DNA of 64,000 bases from Octopus sinensis (GCF_006345805.1 NC_043007.1:46252001-46316000), one strand, 5' to 3'; shown: positions 1 to 11,914, numbered from the stretch's first letter. A program made the numbers and translations. The notes: generated by a model from the sequence alone, not told the origin.

Positions 1-834
1 CGTTTTTTCTCACGTTCTGATGACGTCATTGATAGTGCAGTAGTGTGTTTTTCTCTCATGTTGCGTAACTGGAGAATTTATCTCCCCAAGCAGATTCCGC
101 TGCAAATATTTTACCACGTTTGAGTGTACACGAATGTCATGTATTAAACACCATCTCTATTTCAATCAACACTACTTAGTGCGTCACTAGTTAATAGTCC
201 ATACCAAGATGTGACAAACAAGACGGAGGTAGGTCAATGTTCTACGGTAAATTAAAAGCAATTTATGTGCTCATGTTCAATAAAACTTTCATCAGTTTTT
301 TAACATCAAATAAACCAGCAACATGTGTGACACAATGTACAAATACATTAAATTTTGTTAGTCAGGTTGTAGACAGTACGAAAGCAGCATATTAGTGCCA
401 TTAAAATACCAAATATCCAACACCAATGAAAGATGAAGAGATTTCAATATATATATATATATATAAACGTACACACACAGACATAAGTATACATACTTAC
501 GTTCATGCATATACAAACATACGTACATCTGTGTATGTGGTGTGTGTGTGTATCTATACACACACACACGAAATAGTTTCTAATTTCTTATCTTTAACCT
601 TTATACCGATATAACTTGCTAATAAATTTTTTCTGCTGTTAGAGCACTGCAGTGTGTTGTCCTCATGAGGTTCACGGTTATTTGATCCTTTTATTACTGC
701 TGCAGAAACAACCCCATTCTGTTTCATAGAAATCAAAATTTATATCAAATTAGATGGCAGGAAACAATAAATCTATATATCCCGTGTTATTGGATCCATG
801 ATAAAAAAAATATATCTTTCGTCTAACGTAATTC

Positions 835-1160
835 TTTTATTATTTTATTTGTTTCAGCCATTTCACTGCAGCCTCCTGGAGCACCGCCTTTAGTCGAACA
901 AATAGATCTCAGAACTTATCCATTGCAAGCCTAGTAATTGTTCTATCGGTCACTTTTGCCAACATTGGTTGTCAAGCGATGGTAGTGGTGGTGAGGGGCA
1001 AGAACAGACACACAAACATATACACATATATATATATATATACGGCCGGCTTTGGCCCGATGCTATAGTAGAAGTCATTTGCCCAAGGTGCCGCGCAATG
1101 CGACTGAACCTAGAACCATATGGTTGGTAAGCTACTTACCAAACAGCCACTCCTGCGCCT
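835..1160 (-). mobile_element. tRNA-derived SINE family 1, diverged and internally deleted copy
   Basis: Colinear with the better copy at 24823-25229 (gcccaaggtgccgcgcaatgcgactgaacctagaaccatatggttggtaagctacttacc; ctggagcaccgcctttagtcga). Has an internal (TA)/(CA) tract. Confidence 0.85.
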
Positions 1161-1785
1161 ACAGCCACTCCTGCGCCTACAGCCACAGTGTCTATAAGCC
1201 ACTCCTGCGGCCCTATGTATTAGAAGCAAAAATTATTTTCTATTATGTAAACTATTACTTTTAAAACAATATACTTTAGATCAACATCAAGTATATCTTA
1301 GGTTTCTAATTCGTTGTGTTATGCATGTAAACACACCGAAACCAAATTAGCATATAAATTTCAGTTATGTACTTGTAAAACCATTGGTTGAAACGCTAAC
1401 TTTATATATTCTTCGCTGGAATAAGGACACAGGATATCCATACAATAATTGGTAGTCAATGAATCGTGAGGCATGACGAGCTATTATACATAATTTTTCT
1501 GTGAGAGAAGTGTTTAACAAGGTGTAGTATACAATATGCTTAAATTTTTTCGAAAACACATTCAGTAGTCAAATTTAGATATTGTATGTCATTGTTAAGT
1601 TTCTAGTAAGAGACTTATTATATGCATATTATTTGCGTATACACACGGACACGCACGCACATATACAGATGTATACATATATATATACATATATACATAC
1701 ATACAACATACATACACACACACGCATACACACACACATATATATATATATACACGTGTGTGTGTGTGTTTGTGGGTGTCAGTGT

Positions 1786-1917
1786 GTATAAGGTGAGTTT
1801 CATCGTCGCGAACGATAAATGAGGGTGTATGTGCTTTCGGTATAGCGTCCAAAATTGAGCTCCGTAAAGCAATGATGTCAGAACCATCGTATTGTGTATA
1901 TCGACTTTCACCTTCAA
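1786..1917 (-). mobile_element. RTE-clade LINE fragment (post-RT region)
   Basis: Minus-strand translation KVKVDIHNTMVLTSLLYGAQFWTLYRKHI matches the RTE/BovB-type motif K..VY.A.VL..LLYG.E.WTLY..H. Flanked by microsatellites. Confidence 0.7.
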
Positions 1918-1996
1918 CTATACGTCGTGGCTGTTCTTCAACTATATATATATGTATGGATGTATATATATATATATAATATATATATATATATAC

Positions 1997-2075
<79 letters not shown>

Positions 2076-2284
2076 TATATATATATAATATAATATAATA
2101 TAATATAATATAATATAATATGTGTGTGTCTGTGTGTGAGTGCATGTGTGCGTTTAGTAGAAACTCGTAAAGTGCGTTTAAGCGCTCCTATTCTTTTGTG
2201 GTACCACATGTTTTATATCTCGAGGTATCTCTGAGTACGCGGATAGATGCAGGATAGATGTTTTATTAAGATTTATATAATAAC

Positions 2285-2489
2285 AATTTCAAAGTTTGCC
2301 ACACGGGCACCTTGTGGGATGGGGATTAAGTCGATTACATCTACCCTAGTGCGCAACTGATACTTATTTAATCGACTCCGAAATGGTGAAAACAAAGTCA
2401 ACCAGGGCGAGATGTGAACTAAGAACGGAGCGAAGGGCGAGATGTGAACTGAGAACGGGCGCGCTAACGATTCTGTCATCACACCGCTT
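2285..2489 (-). mobile_element. SINE family 2, diverged copy with internal 30-bp duplication
   Basis: Shares gattaagtcgattacatc, gcgcaactg, gctaacgattctg with copies at 2522-2713 and 54995-55204. Confidence 0.75.
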
Positions 2490-2521
2490 TGATTTATATA
2501 ACAATAATAATAATTCTTTCT

Positions 2522-2713
2522 ACAATGTGCACGAGGCCTGAAATTTGGGAGGAGGGGCCAGTTGATTAGATGCTCCCAGTTCGCAACTGGTAATTAATTT
2601 ATCGACCAGAAATGATGAAAGGCAAAACCGAGATCGCCGAAATCCGAAAGACGGGCGAAATACCTTTAAGCATTTCGCTCGGTGCGCTAACGATTCTACC
2701 AGCTCGCCGCCTT
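2522..2713 (-). mobile_element. SINE family 2, near full length
   Basis: Reverse strand starts aaggcggcgagctggtagaatcgttagcgcaccgagcg (tRNA-like head). Body colinear with 54995-55204. Lies between (AAT)n tracts. Confidence 0.85.
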
Positions 2714-2834
2714 GATTTATATAATAATAATAATAATAATAATAATGATAATAATGGTAAAAACATAACACGAGGATAGAAGGCAACAGTCCCCAATGTT
2801 AGATTACGACGTACACTTCCGCACCTCGAACCAG

Positions 2835-2875
<41 letters not shown>

Positions 2876-2940
2876 TGTGTGTGCGTGTGTGCAACAGCAT
2901 AAGTCAGTTACGCATATATATGTATATGTATGTGTGTATG

Positions 2941-2979
<39 letters not shown>

Positions 2980-3107
2980 TATCTCCCTGAGAATGAAATG
3001 TAATGTACGTTCATTCTAAAGTTAACCTGTCTCCACGATCACGTTTGAGAAAACATCGTGGAGTATTAACCCAGGAAGTGTTTCAGAGCTTGTTGAGCAT
3101 TTCTCAG

Positions 3108-3139
<32 letters not shown>

Positions 3140-3364
3140 TATATATATATACTGCCTTATCGAATGTGTCGCACAATGCATCGAACCCGATACATATTGC
3201 TTCAAAGTGAACGATTCTGCCGAACATTCGTCTGGGGTTATATATATATACTCAATAATAATAAAGGGTAAACTTAATTAATTAATAATTAATTATTTTA
3301 TCAAATAGTTCGGTATGTTACAATAACCTTTAACGGTAAACTTACACAAATATTTTATATATAC

Positions 3365-3485
3365 AAGCATAATTATAATTGATGTTCAGCAAATTGCCTC
3401 ACCACATATAGCAGATTTTAACTGCCATTTCTAAATATCGGTATGTGGTGAAGCAATTTGCTGAACCCTAATCATAATTATGCTT
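3365..3485. repeat. 121-bp imperfect palindrome (MITE relic or hairpin-RNA candidate)
   Basis: Arms 3365-3408 and 3442-3485 are reverse complements with 5 mismatches in 44 bp, around a 33-bp spacer. Confidence 0.9.
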
Positions 3486-3521
3486 ATAATTATAACATTT
3501 ATATATATATATATATATATA

Positions 3522-3554
<33 letters not shown>

Positions 3555-4287
3555 ATTTTACTAGTGGCGTTTTAGGTTGTCTTTGGTTTATTTCTAGCAA
3601 TTTCTGCCAAGGATTATCGTACTATTTCGATCTATTAATTCTATTATATTTTGTGTATTCAACAAAATCTAGACCATATTGAATATTTCTAGCCTTTGAA
3701 GAAATCAGGATTTCTAATTATCTTCCAAGATCTGGACAAAGAAAGGATAAATTAGACGATAATTAGATAGATCATTGTGTGGTATTTCTTTTATCATTGA
3801 TGCATATCAATTTCAAAGACCAGCCAAGCAATACACAGTGAGGAAATAAGAGAAACTGCTGAATAAAAGAAGGAATAAAGTATAAATGGCGTTCCGTAAA
3901 CGATTGAGATTATACTAACATTGATGACAGTAGAGTTAGTGGCAAATAGTGCAAGAATGGTTCTCGTAATTCTGTACAGGATATGAAATTGAAAGGGCAA
4001 CTAAAATAAATAAAATGTCTATTATATAGAATTATTTCTAGCCCCTTACAAAGAGATTAATCTCCAAGAATAGGAATCGCATCGGATTTGCGATTAAAAC
4101 ATTTAATATTTGGTGATGTCTTTGTTTCATAATAGCAGATATAGTTACCAGAAAACTGAGGTTTGAGTCAGATACAAATAACACTGGACGCTTTTTATAT
4201 AGGTGTGTATATCCATTGTTCGACATTATCGGTTCAGTTGTTCTTTCAACTGAAGTTCCCTCTTTCGTTGAAATAATGTATGACAGA

Positions 4288-4336
<49 letters not shown>

Positions 4337-5771
4337 CGCAGGGAGAAAATAATATTTGTTCAAGGTGCAGCTAAGTGGGTTCGAACGCTAGTAATCTTAA
4401 TATAGTGAATTATGGAATGCTACTTAATCAAAATAGTCCAAATTGACGACAACTAATTGCTGCGTAAATTATCATTCGTCCTTTAAACGCAGGACAAGAT
4501 AACCAGCCAAAAAGTAAATATGTCATATTTGGATATATATGCAACTTATTCAAGTTGTATCACAGAGTCTGCTATAGTCGCCATGATTTTGAATACATCC
4601 ATCCGTATGTGATAGAGAAATAAAAATAATCTCTAGTTATTACAGCTTGTGAAAATGTTAAGTATACAAGATGAAGACCAGCACATGATTATATTTCCAA
4701 AATTAAAAAGAAAATTCAGTAATTTTCATGTTATTATTTGATTACCTGGAGTGATCAAATAGCAAGGTATGTGATTAAAATTCATTCCAAGTATATAGTG
4801 TAAATTAAATGACAGAACATATCAACGATGCTGCCTACTTGACAGATATCTTCGGTTATTAATGATATTAATTAATATTAAATCGTTGATTATGCATGAA
4901 AAAATTCTAAATAAATTTGCCTATGCTCCAGTATATTTATTTAAATCGAAATGTTATTATCTGTTTTAATGATTTGTAAATTACTACCAAGTATGCCTCC
5001 TGTGCAATACTAATATGAATAAAATTTCTGGGAGATATTTTAAATTTATAAAATCACAAGGCTGTATCCTAATTGCCCATATACCTCAATATATTATTTA
5101 GGAACATTTCTCATGTGTCTGTACTTCTGTTTTCACGCTTGCTTCGTAAAGCCGAAAAAAAAGTAAATAATAAGGAGTATTCACCTCCTTATCCAATGGC
5201 AAAGGTGGAGCGTGATATAATGTTTTAGGCTTATTCAGAAATTGAAATAATTTCGCAAGCACTAATTTCTTAAACCAAAGTTTCAATATAGCCTCAATCA
5301 TCAGAGCATTAGATTGAATGTTTCGCAATAATCTGACACACTGAAGATAGATTTCAAATCCCACGGAACTTAAGGTTGTCTTTCATTATTTTGGTGTCGA
5401 TATGAGATATCAGTGCAAGGCAGTGGATTGGTTTAATTATAAGAACACCAGAAAGAATGCCTTGCTGCTTCTTTACTGGCTCTTTTAGCTCTGAGTTCAA
5501 ATTCTGCTAAGGCATACTTGAGTAATTGAATTATCTGCAAACAACTTAAGCTTGAAGAGAGTCTGGACAATAAAGCATTTTGCCACGATGTTTTTGGCAA
5601 CGTGTCACGGATTGCAATGTACACAATATATCTAAAACCATCGATTAAATTACTTCATATTCCTTCATATTCATTAAACCTCTAAACAGTAGGCTGAAGG
5701 CCTAACAGAAAAATTTAAAATATTTAAACAGCCACCAGTCTCACTTACAGGGAGAGCAAAGATATTATTTA

Positions 5772-5866
5772 TAGCCTCGGCGGAATTTGAACTCAGAACG
5801 TAAAGACGGACACAATGCCGCTAAGCATTTCGGCAGGTGTACTAACGAATCTCTCAGCTCGCAGCC
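5772..5866 (-). mobile_element. SINE family 2, 5-prime half
   Basis: cctcggcggaatttgaactcagaacgtaaagacggacacaatgccgctaagcatttcggcagg matches the family-2 head; B-box-like gagttcaaattcc on the minus strand. Confidence 0.8.
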
Positions 5867-6489
5867 ATTATATGATGTTGATGATGATGACAACGACGAT
5901 GATGATGATGATGATGATGATAATAATAATAATTGTGGGGAAATTGCGACCCTTAGATTTTTTTCCACTGGTATGTTTTTAGCAAGCAATCCTGGTAGCA
6001 AAGCATGACAGCAATGAACATTGCCTACTCACATTCCGATGTAGTGTATACTTGACAACTTTAATTTGTCTGAACATTTAATATGTTGAGGATTTGATAT
6101 GACATTAATTGGTTGCTAGTTGAAACCTATGTTTGAAGTCACGTGCAAGATCAACTCGAGTAAAACTAAGTCAAATAGTTTGTAGTATGCGCTTATTTAA
6201 GCCACATAAAATCAATATATATTAAGACTCCACCTAGTTCAGAACAATATGGAACACACCTATATATTACGGTGCTTTCGAATTACAGCCAGCGCATGTT
6301 GTATTACTTCCACTTTAAGCCCATGTTTTTATTCTATTCTATTTGTGCTACTTGTTTAGTTTCGTATCTAATCATCTTGTATTGAATAGGCCTTTAACAA
6401 ATGTTACTCCCATCTTGTATGCTTTGTCTTTGAAGATTTGAAGGTCGTAGGAGTGTGGTTATGTTATTATGTTGTATTGGGGAAAAAGG

Positions 6490-7390
6490 AGCATTTTAAA
6501 AGCAGAATCGTTTGAATTTTCCGAAACTGGCCTCTCTATTTGCAGAAAAAAGTTTTTCACAAAAAATTCCGATATAACTGAAATCTATCAACTTTCTATT
6601 GTCCAGTAAAGTAAGTAATACAGTAAGCTAAAGTAATACAGTTTATTGAAGTTACACGCACAGAGACACAGACAGAGACACATTGTTATGTCTGTCCTTA
6701 TACAAAGCAAAGTGTGTTTGTTTTCACATGACCCGAATTTTTTGCCTCATAACTTTCAGGAAACTGGGTATGTTATAATAAAAATTTATAGAGGTCATTT
6801 CTGGCATTTACCCACACTTCGTTCTTCGTTTGTTTCCGTTTCCTTGCTTTTTCTCGCGACGATGCCAGCCACGCAGCAACTACCTCTTCTAACTTCTTCT
6901 TTTCTTATTACCATCGTTTCATGCATAGCCGCCTCGAAACGGTGGATTTTGTCGTTCGCGAGCAGAGACTCATTAAATCGTAGTGTGGTAGCTGCTCTAC
7001 AAAGCACGTCACTCCGAACAGGAATTCGATTCGTATGCAAACGAATCTTTTCGTTTCGATCTTTCGAACAAGTCGGCTGGGACATCGACGACGACGAGGC
7101 TGCCGCCGAAGTTCCAGAATGGCATTTCCGTTGGCGACACTACCGCTCGCCGGGCGAATGCGACGGGCGGACGGCTAAGGCCGAGCTCAGACATGTGCCT
7201 TGAGTTTGAGACGCTTTGGAAAAAAAAAATCGGGTCCGGCTACTGTTCCGGCTTAGAGGTTCAGCAGTTATCGCTCAGAGGTTTTTAAATTTTTAGTGTA
7301 TTACATAGACGTAAATTTTGGCGCTGAATCCGAATTTGTTATTAATTTATTTGAAACAAATTTGGCAAAATTGTTACAGGTGTTCAGAGC
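6490..7390. other. CpG/GC-rich island, probably a non-autonomous DNA transposon interior
   Basis: Abrupt CpG-dense segment (about 6860-7270) in AT-rich DNA. The ORFs over it have no recognisable domain, and I could not find termini. Confidence 0.3.
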
Positions 7391-8039
7391 TGTCTGTTCC
7401 ATCATCGAGGGTGGAGGGTGGGATGGCATCTACAAGTCAAAACACTGCTACGCACACATACATACATATACGCACACAAAGTTGACGCGCTGTTTTTATT
7501 TTTATTTTCAGCGTTGAGTATTCACGATGCCACGTCATTGCATACACACACGTGCGCGCGCGCGCACAAGCACTCACCCACAAACACAAACAAATATTTA
7601 CATACCTTCCTTTTACATACACACACATATACTCACACAGAGTAGAAACGCTCCCACTACCAGTTTACCATCACCCCTTCCTTCATTATTCATGTCATCC
7701 CTTACATACTCATTCATATGTTGTGACGGTGAAAAAGATAAAGAGTATTATTATAGTAGAAAGTCATCTTTCTGATATCTCCTTCTCCTCCTTGTGCGCA
7801 CGCGCATAATCTTTGGTTACTATAGAAACAGGGTTTATCGCTGCGGTGATGTATAAAATACTCGCTTCTGATTGGTTAAACTACACAAATTTAGCAAATT
7901 TCAAAGGCTAATAACTTTTTAATTATGGATTAATAGAAAAAAATGAATTTCATTTTCATATTTAGTATACAAAACTTAATCGATACACCAATTTGAAAAC
8001 AACTGGAACAAAATTGTTAACAGTGATGAAAACCACAAA

Positions 8040-8344
8040 GATCCGTGATCTGGGTATTCAGCTTACTATTGTAAGGCCGGGAGTTGGATTCCTGGCACTC
8101 AGTGTATCCTTGAGGAAGACACTTTACTTCACATTGCTCCAGTCCACTGGCAAAACTGAATAGTATCTGTAATTCGAAGGTTAAGCTTTGTCACACTTTG
8201 CGTCGTACTCAATCTTCATAAGAGCTAGGTTTAGGGAGCATGAGTCTGCGGAGTTCACAGCCACATGCATGTTAATTTCATCAGCAGGTTGTTCCATTGA
8301 TCAGATTAACTGAAACACTCATCATTGTAACTGACAGAGCGCCA
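8040..8344 (+). mobile_element. tRNA-derived SINE family 3, near full length
   Basis: Colinear with 12490-12776 (ctccagtccac, cagccac..gcatgttaatttca.cagcagg, tcgtaac.gac.gag.gcca), followed by a (TATG)n tract. Confidence 0.8.
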
Positions 8345-8544
8345 ATATGTATGTATGTATTATGTGTGTATGTATGTGTGTATGCATGTATGTATGTATG
8401 TATGTATGTATGTATATATGTATGTATGTATGTTTGTCTGTATGTATGGATGGATGTATGTATGTACGTTTGTATGCATAGATGTATGCATGGATGGATG
8501 TATGCATGTATGTATGTACATATGTATGAATGTATGAATGATGA

Positions 8545-8635
8545 CGCTTGGCTTGATGGTTAGGGTATTCGGCTCATGATGGTAAGGTTGTGTGTTCGAT
8601 AAGCAGTGGTGCATTTTGTCTGTGATTAAGACACT
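8545..8635 (+). mobile_element. SINE family 3, head only
   Basis: tggcttgatggttagggtattcggctcatgatggtaaggttgtgtgttcgat contains A-box-like and B-box-like motifs. Confidence 0.65.
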
Positions 8636-8689
8636 TAATGACCTCTGAGAGTTATGTCAGTCAAGCACAAGCTCCTGATGGAGTTTCCA

Positions 8690-9120
8690 ATACAGTACAG
8701 GTAAGAGGAGGGTAAAGGCCTAACAAATATAGACCTCTTCTCTCCAGAGGTAAAAAATGGGTTTATGAGTTTGTGCAGGGCCAACACCCTTACCTGATAA
8801 AGTAAAATTACTGAAGCATTTGACGACAATTCAATACCAACAGGACCTGGGAGAGGTAAGCCTTTTTGCCTGGGTAAAATACATGACACAGTACTACACA
8901 TTCTGAAAGGAACCAACACACTGCATTACACACGTGACCCTGACTTGGACTCCAAGAAGGAGGCAGAAAAGAGGATGCCTTAAAAGCTAGACGCAGAACA
9001 TTTAGGCGGAGGGGAAAAACAAGGATTTAACACAAGCGTAAAAGAAAAGGCAGCCTAGAGTTGAGAATGGTGTAGAGAAGATATCGATGGCCTATGATCC
9101 CCAGGGAGTAAAGGGCTTAT
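8690..9120 (+). mobile_element. RTE LINE relic: 3-prime end of ORF, preceded by a probable RTE 5-prime UTR piece
   Basis: From about 8897 the frameshifted translation HIL/KEPTHCITHVTLTWTPRRRQKRG matches the RTE C-terminal motif GH.LR....I....L.W.P.G.R.RGRP. The upstream piece shares gaggagggta with the RTE-like leader at 15060. Confidence 0.65.
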
Positions 9121-9224
9121 ATGATAAAGTAATGATACATAAGATAATTTTCTTGACATCAAAAAACCAAATTTTCTAAAAAAATATTTTTCCATTCTTA
9201 GTCACGGCCAAATGTTTTTCCTAC

Positions 9225-9408
9225 GTTGCTCGCTTATTATCTGCATAGTAATGCGTCGAAATTTTCCCAAGACACATGATGAAGGCTGGAGGGTATATTA
9301 ACCGAAACGTTGTGTTAACAATAAACAATATGAGGACAAATATCCGTTAACTGTAAATAATGTAAATAACGTACATAATTCCTCATCTCTTAAATATAGA
9401 ATTAAAAA
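9225..9408 (+). mobile_element. Penelope-like terminal repeat relic with degenerate hammerhead-like motif
   Basis: gacac-ATGATGA-a-ggctg...taacc-GAAAC-GTT-gtgtt at 9271-9316 has minimal type I hammerhead geometry. PLE assignment is inferred from that architecture. Confidence 0.55.
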
Positions 9409-9417
9409 GAATTAGTG

Positions 9418-9510
9418 TTGGGATCGATTTCTTGTACGAAAACCCCTTTAAGTCGATGCTCTAGCATGGCTGAAGTCAAGTGACTGAAACATGTTAGTGA
9501 ATAAAAGAAT
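9418..9510 (+). mobile_element. SINE family 1, 3-prime end
   Basis: gatgctctagcatggctgaagtcaagtgactgaaaca matches the family-1 tail (gtgctccagcatggccgcagtcaaatgactgaaa). Confidence 0.7.
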
Positions 9511-9922
9511 ATCATTCATGGTGTTTCAGAAGTGTTAGGCAGAGAATGAGCTAGCAATGTTGGAAAATATTTTTTAAAAGCCCCGGTTTGTTGGTGTAAA
9601 GAAAATAGCCCTGTGTACAGTCACATTTCCGTGAAATCACTTTACTCCATAAAGAGTGTAGGTTATTTATAATTTCTTAACTCTAGGCTGTCGTTTCTTC
9701 TAAGTAACGTCTCCCATAACATTGATGGTGTATTTTTTCAGAAACCTCGGTTTGTTGGTGTTAGGAAACTCACCCTATGTATAGTTACTTTTTCATGTGA
9801 GCCCTATATATATACATGGTTCTAGTTTCAGTCACACTATGTGGCAAAAGTCTTCTACTATAGTCTTGGTCCGATCAAAGATTCTGAGTGAATTTGATAG
9901 AGGTACTTCCTAAATATATATA

Positions 9923-9975
<53 letters not shown>

Positions 9976-10969
9976 CATATATACATATAGTCAAAGAAAT
10001 ACAGAGGAGGAAAAAAAAGGAAAAAGTAAACAAACGTGTTGACGTAGAGCAAGCGATGTATAAATAACACGCTTACAGAAAGAAAATAGTAGTAGAGTTA
10101 CGTTTCGAGCATAGCTTTTCTACGGAAGCAGGAAAAAACAGGGAAGTGCAACAGGTAAAAAAAAAATCGCCAACAATCACGTGCAGTTATATTTTTGAAT
10201 TGACTGACAGAAGTTGAAAGATTTGAAGAAAAAGTGCGTTCTGGGACAGGAGAATGTGGAAAAAAAAACAAATTTGAGGAAATAAATACGTAATTATATA
10301 AAAATATATGTGTGTGTGTGTGCATGCTTGTGTATGTGTGTGTGTGTGTGTGTGTATGTGTTTGTGTGTAAATATCTTTTTAGTCGCTGATCCAGTATGG
10401 CTGCAGTCAAATTACTAAAACAAGTAAAAGAATAAAAGAAAAGACTATCATTGATGGAATTTTACATGTGTGATATGTCCTATTCAGAAAATAAGTAATG
10501 TTATAGAGGGTAATATTCCTAGCAGCCACAAACTGGCGTTAAGAAAAAATATTTTTCCTTTTTTAATCATAGCAAATGTCATTCAAACATTGATCGTTCA
10601 TTCTTAGCACAGAAGAAATGAAACCAGTCAAGAGCTTCGATGATAAGGGTGGTGTTACGCAAAATATATGGAGGAGCTGGTTTGAGTGTTTAGAGCGAAA
10701 GCAGCACAAACCAACGGTTAAAGAGGAAGCTAGGGAGAAAGCTTTAATACAAGCCAAAGATATGGTGTTCTAAGCTATATAAATCGATTGATTTAGCATT
10801 ACAATTTATGTATGTCAAGAAAGTTGGAGTCTGAGTCTTGTAAGATGTTTTAAAATCAATGCCACTATTTGTTTCGGCATATTACAGAAAGCAAGTGTGT
10901 CTGTAGGTGTAGGTGGTGTGGAGGGGTGTATGTGTGTCCATCCATCCATCCATCCATATAATATCATAG

Positions 10970-11004
<35 letters not shown>

Positions 11005-11547
11005 ATACATACATACATTTATGTACGTATAAATGCATGTGTACATAAATGTCTATATATATTCATACATACTAGCTGGGACATGCAAAATTCACGGAAA
11101 ATATAAATAATGTAAGCCTCTCTATATTGTGTGCTGGTGCCATGAAAATTGTTTCTATATTCTGACACTTACAGAATATAGAAAGAAGTCTAAAGCCAAT
11201 AACTACATAATCCAGCCAGAAAGTCTCAGTTACACAAACGTAAACACAATTACTATTTAGCCTTAAAATACATCATACATATTCAAAGAACGTTTTTGGT
11301 TTATTAGTACAGAATGTTCTTCTGGTATCCTTTTACTCTTTTAGTTGTTTCAGTTATTTGATGGTGACCATGCTGGAGCACACAACAACAGTCTTTGTCA
11401 AGCGTTGTAGTGGTGGGGGGACATATACAGACGAAAACACACACATACATACATATATATATATAATATATATATATATATACCGGAGTATTATATATAT
11501 ATATATATATATATTTATATAATATATATATATATATAATAATAATA

Positions 11548-11779
11548 TTAGGGAATAAATCCAAATTTACAGGGAAAAAATCAGATTTAGGATAAATCGA
11601 TTTTATAGTAAAATATTATAAAATATTATTCGAGACAAAACCACTATTTTGCAAAACAAACAAGGAAGACTTAATCAATACATAAATTTTAATAAATAGA
11701 CTATTTATTAAAATTTATGTATTGATTACGTCTTTCCTTGTTTGTTTGCAAAATAGTGGTTTTGTCTCGAATAATATTT
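11548..11779. repeat. Fold-back element containing a 159-bp near-perfect palindrome (11621-11779)
   Basis: Arms of about 79 bp centred on position 11700, with two 1-bp indels, one mismatch and no spacer. Confidence 0.9.
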
Positions 11780-11782
11780 ATA

Positions 11783-11832
<50 letters not shown>

Positions 11833-11914
11833 CATATATATGTATATATATATGTATGTATGTGTGTGTGTGTGTGTGTGTTTGTGTATTTATGTGTGTG
11901 TGTTTTCGTCTGTA

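Noticed and set aside
20-29. Palindromic CRE/ATF site atgacgtcat
   Set aside because: A single short motif can arise by chance in 64 kb, and there is no promoter context.
4645-4769. Possible exon ending at a strong donor (aag|gtatgt)
   Set aside because: All three frames from the nearest plausible acceptor contain stops.
5170-5192. 8-bp hairpin ataaggag/ctccttat
   Set aside because: Short stems of this length occur by chance in AT-rich DNA. Terminator logic does not apply here.
6646-7203. 185-aa plus-strand ORF as a host gene
   Set aside because: Non-ATG start in the track, no recognisable domain, and stop-codon scarcity is explained by high GC. Kept only as part of the GC-island finding.
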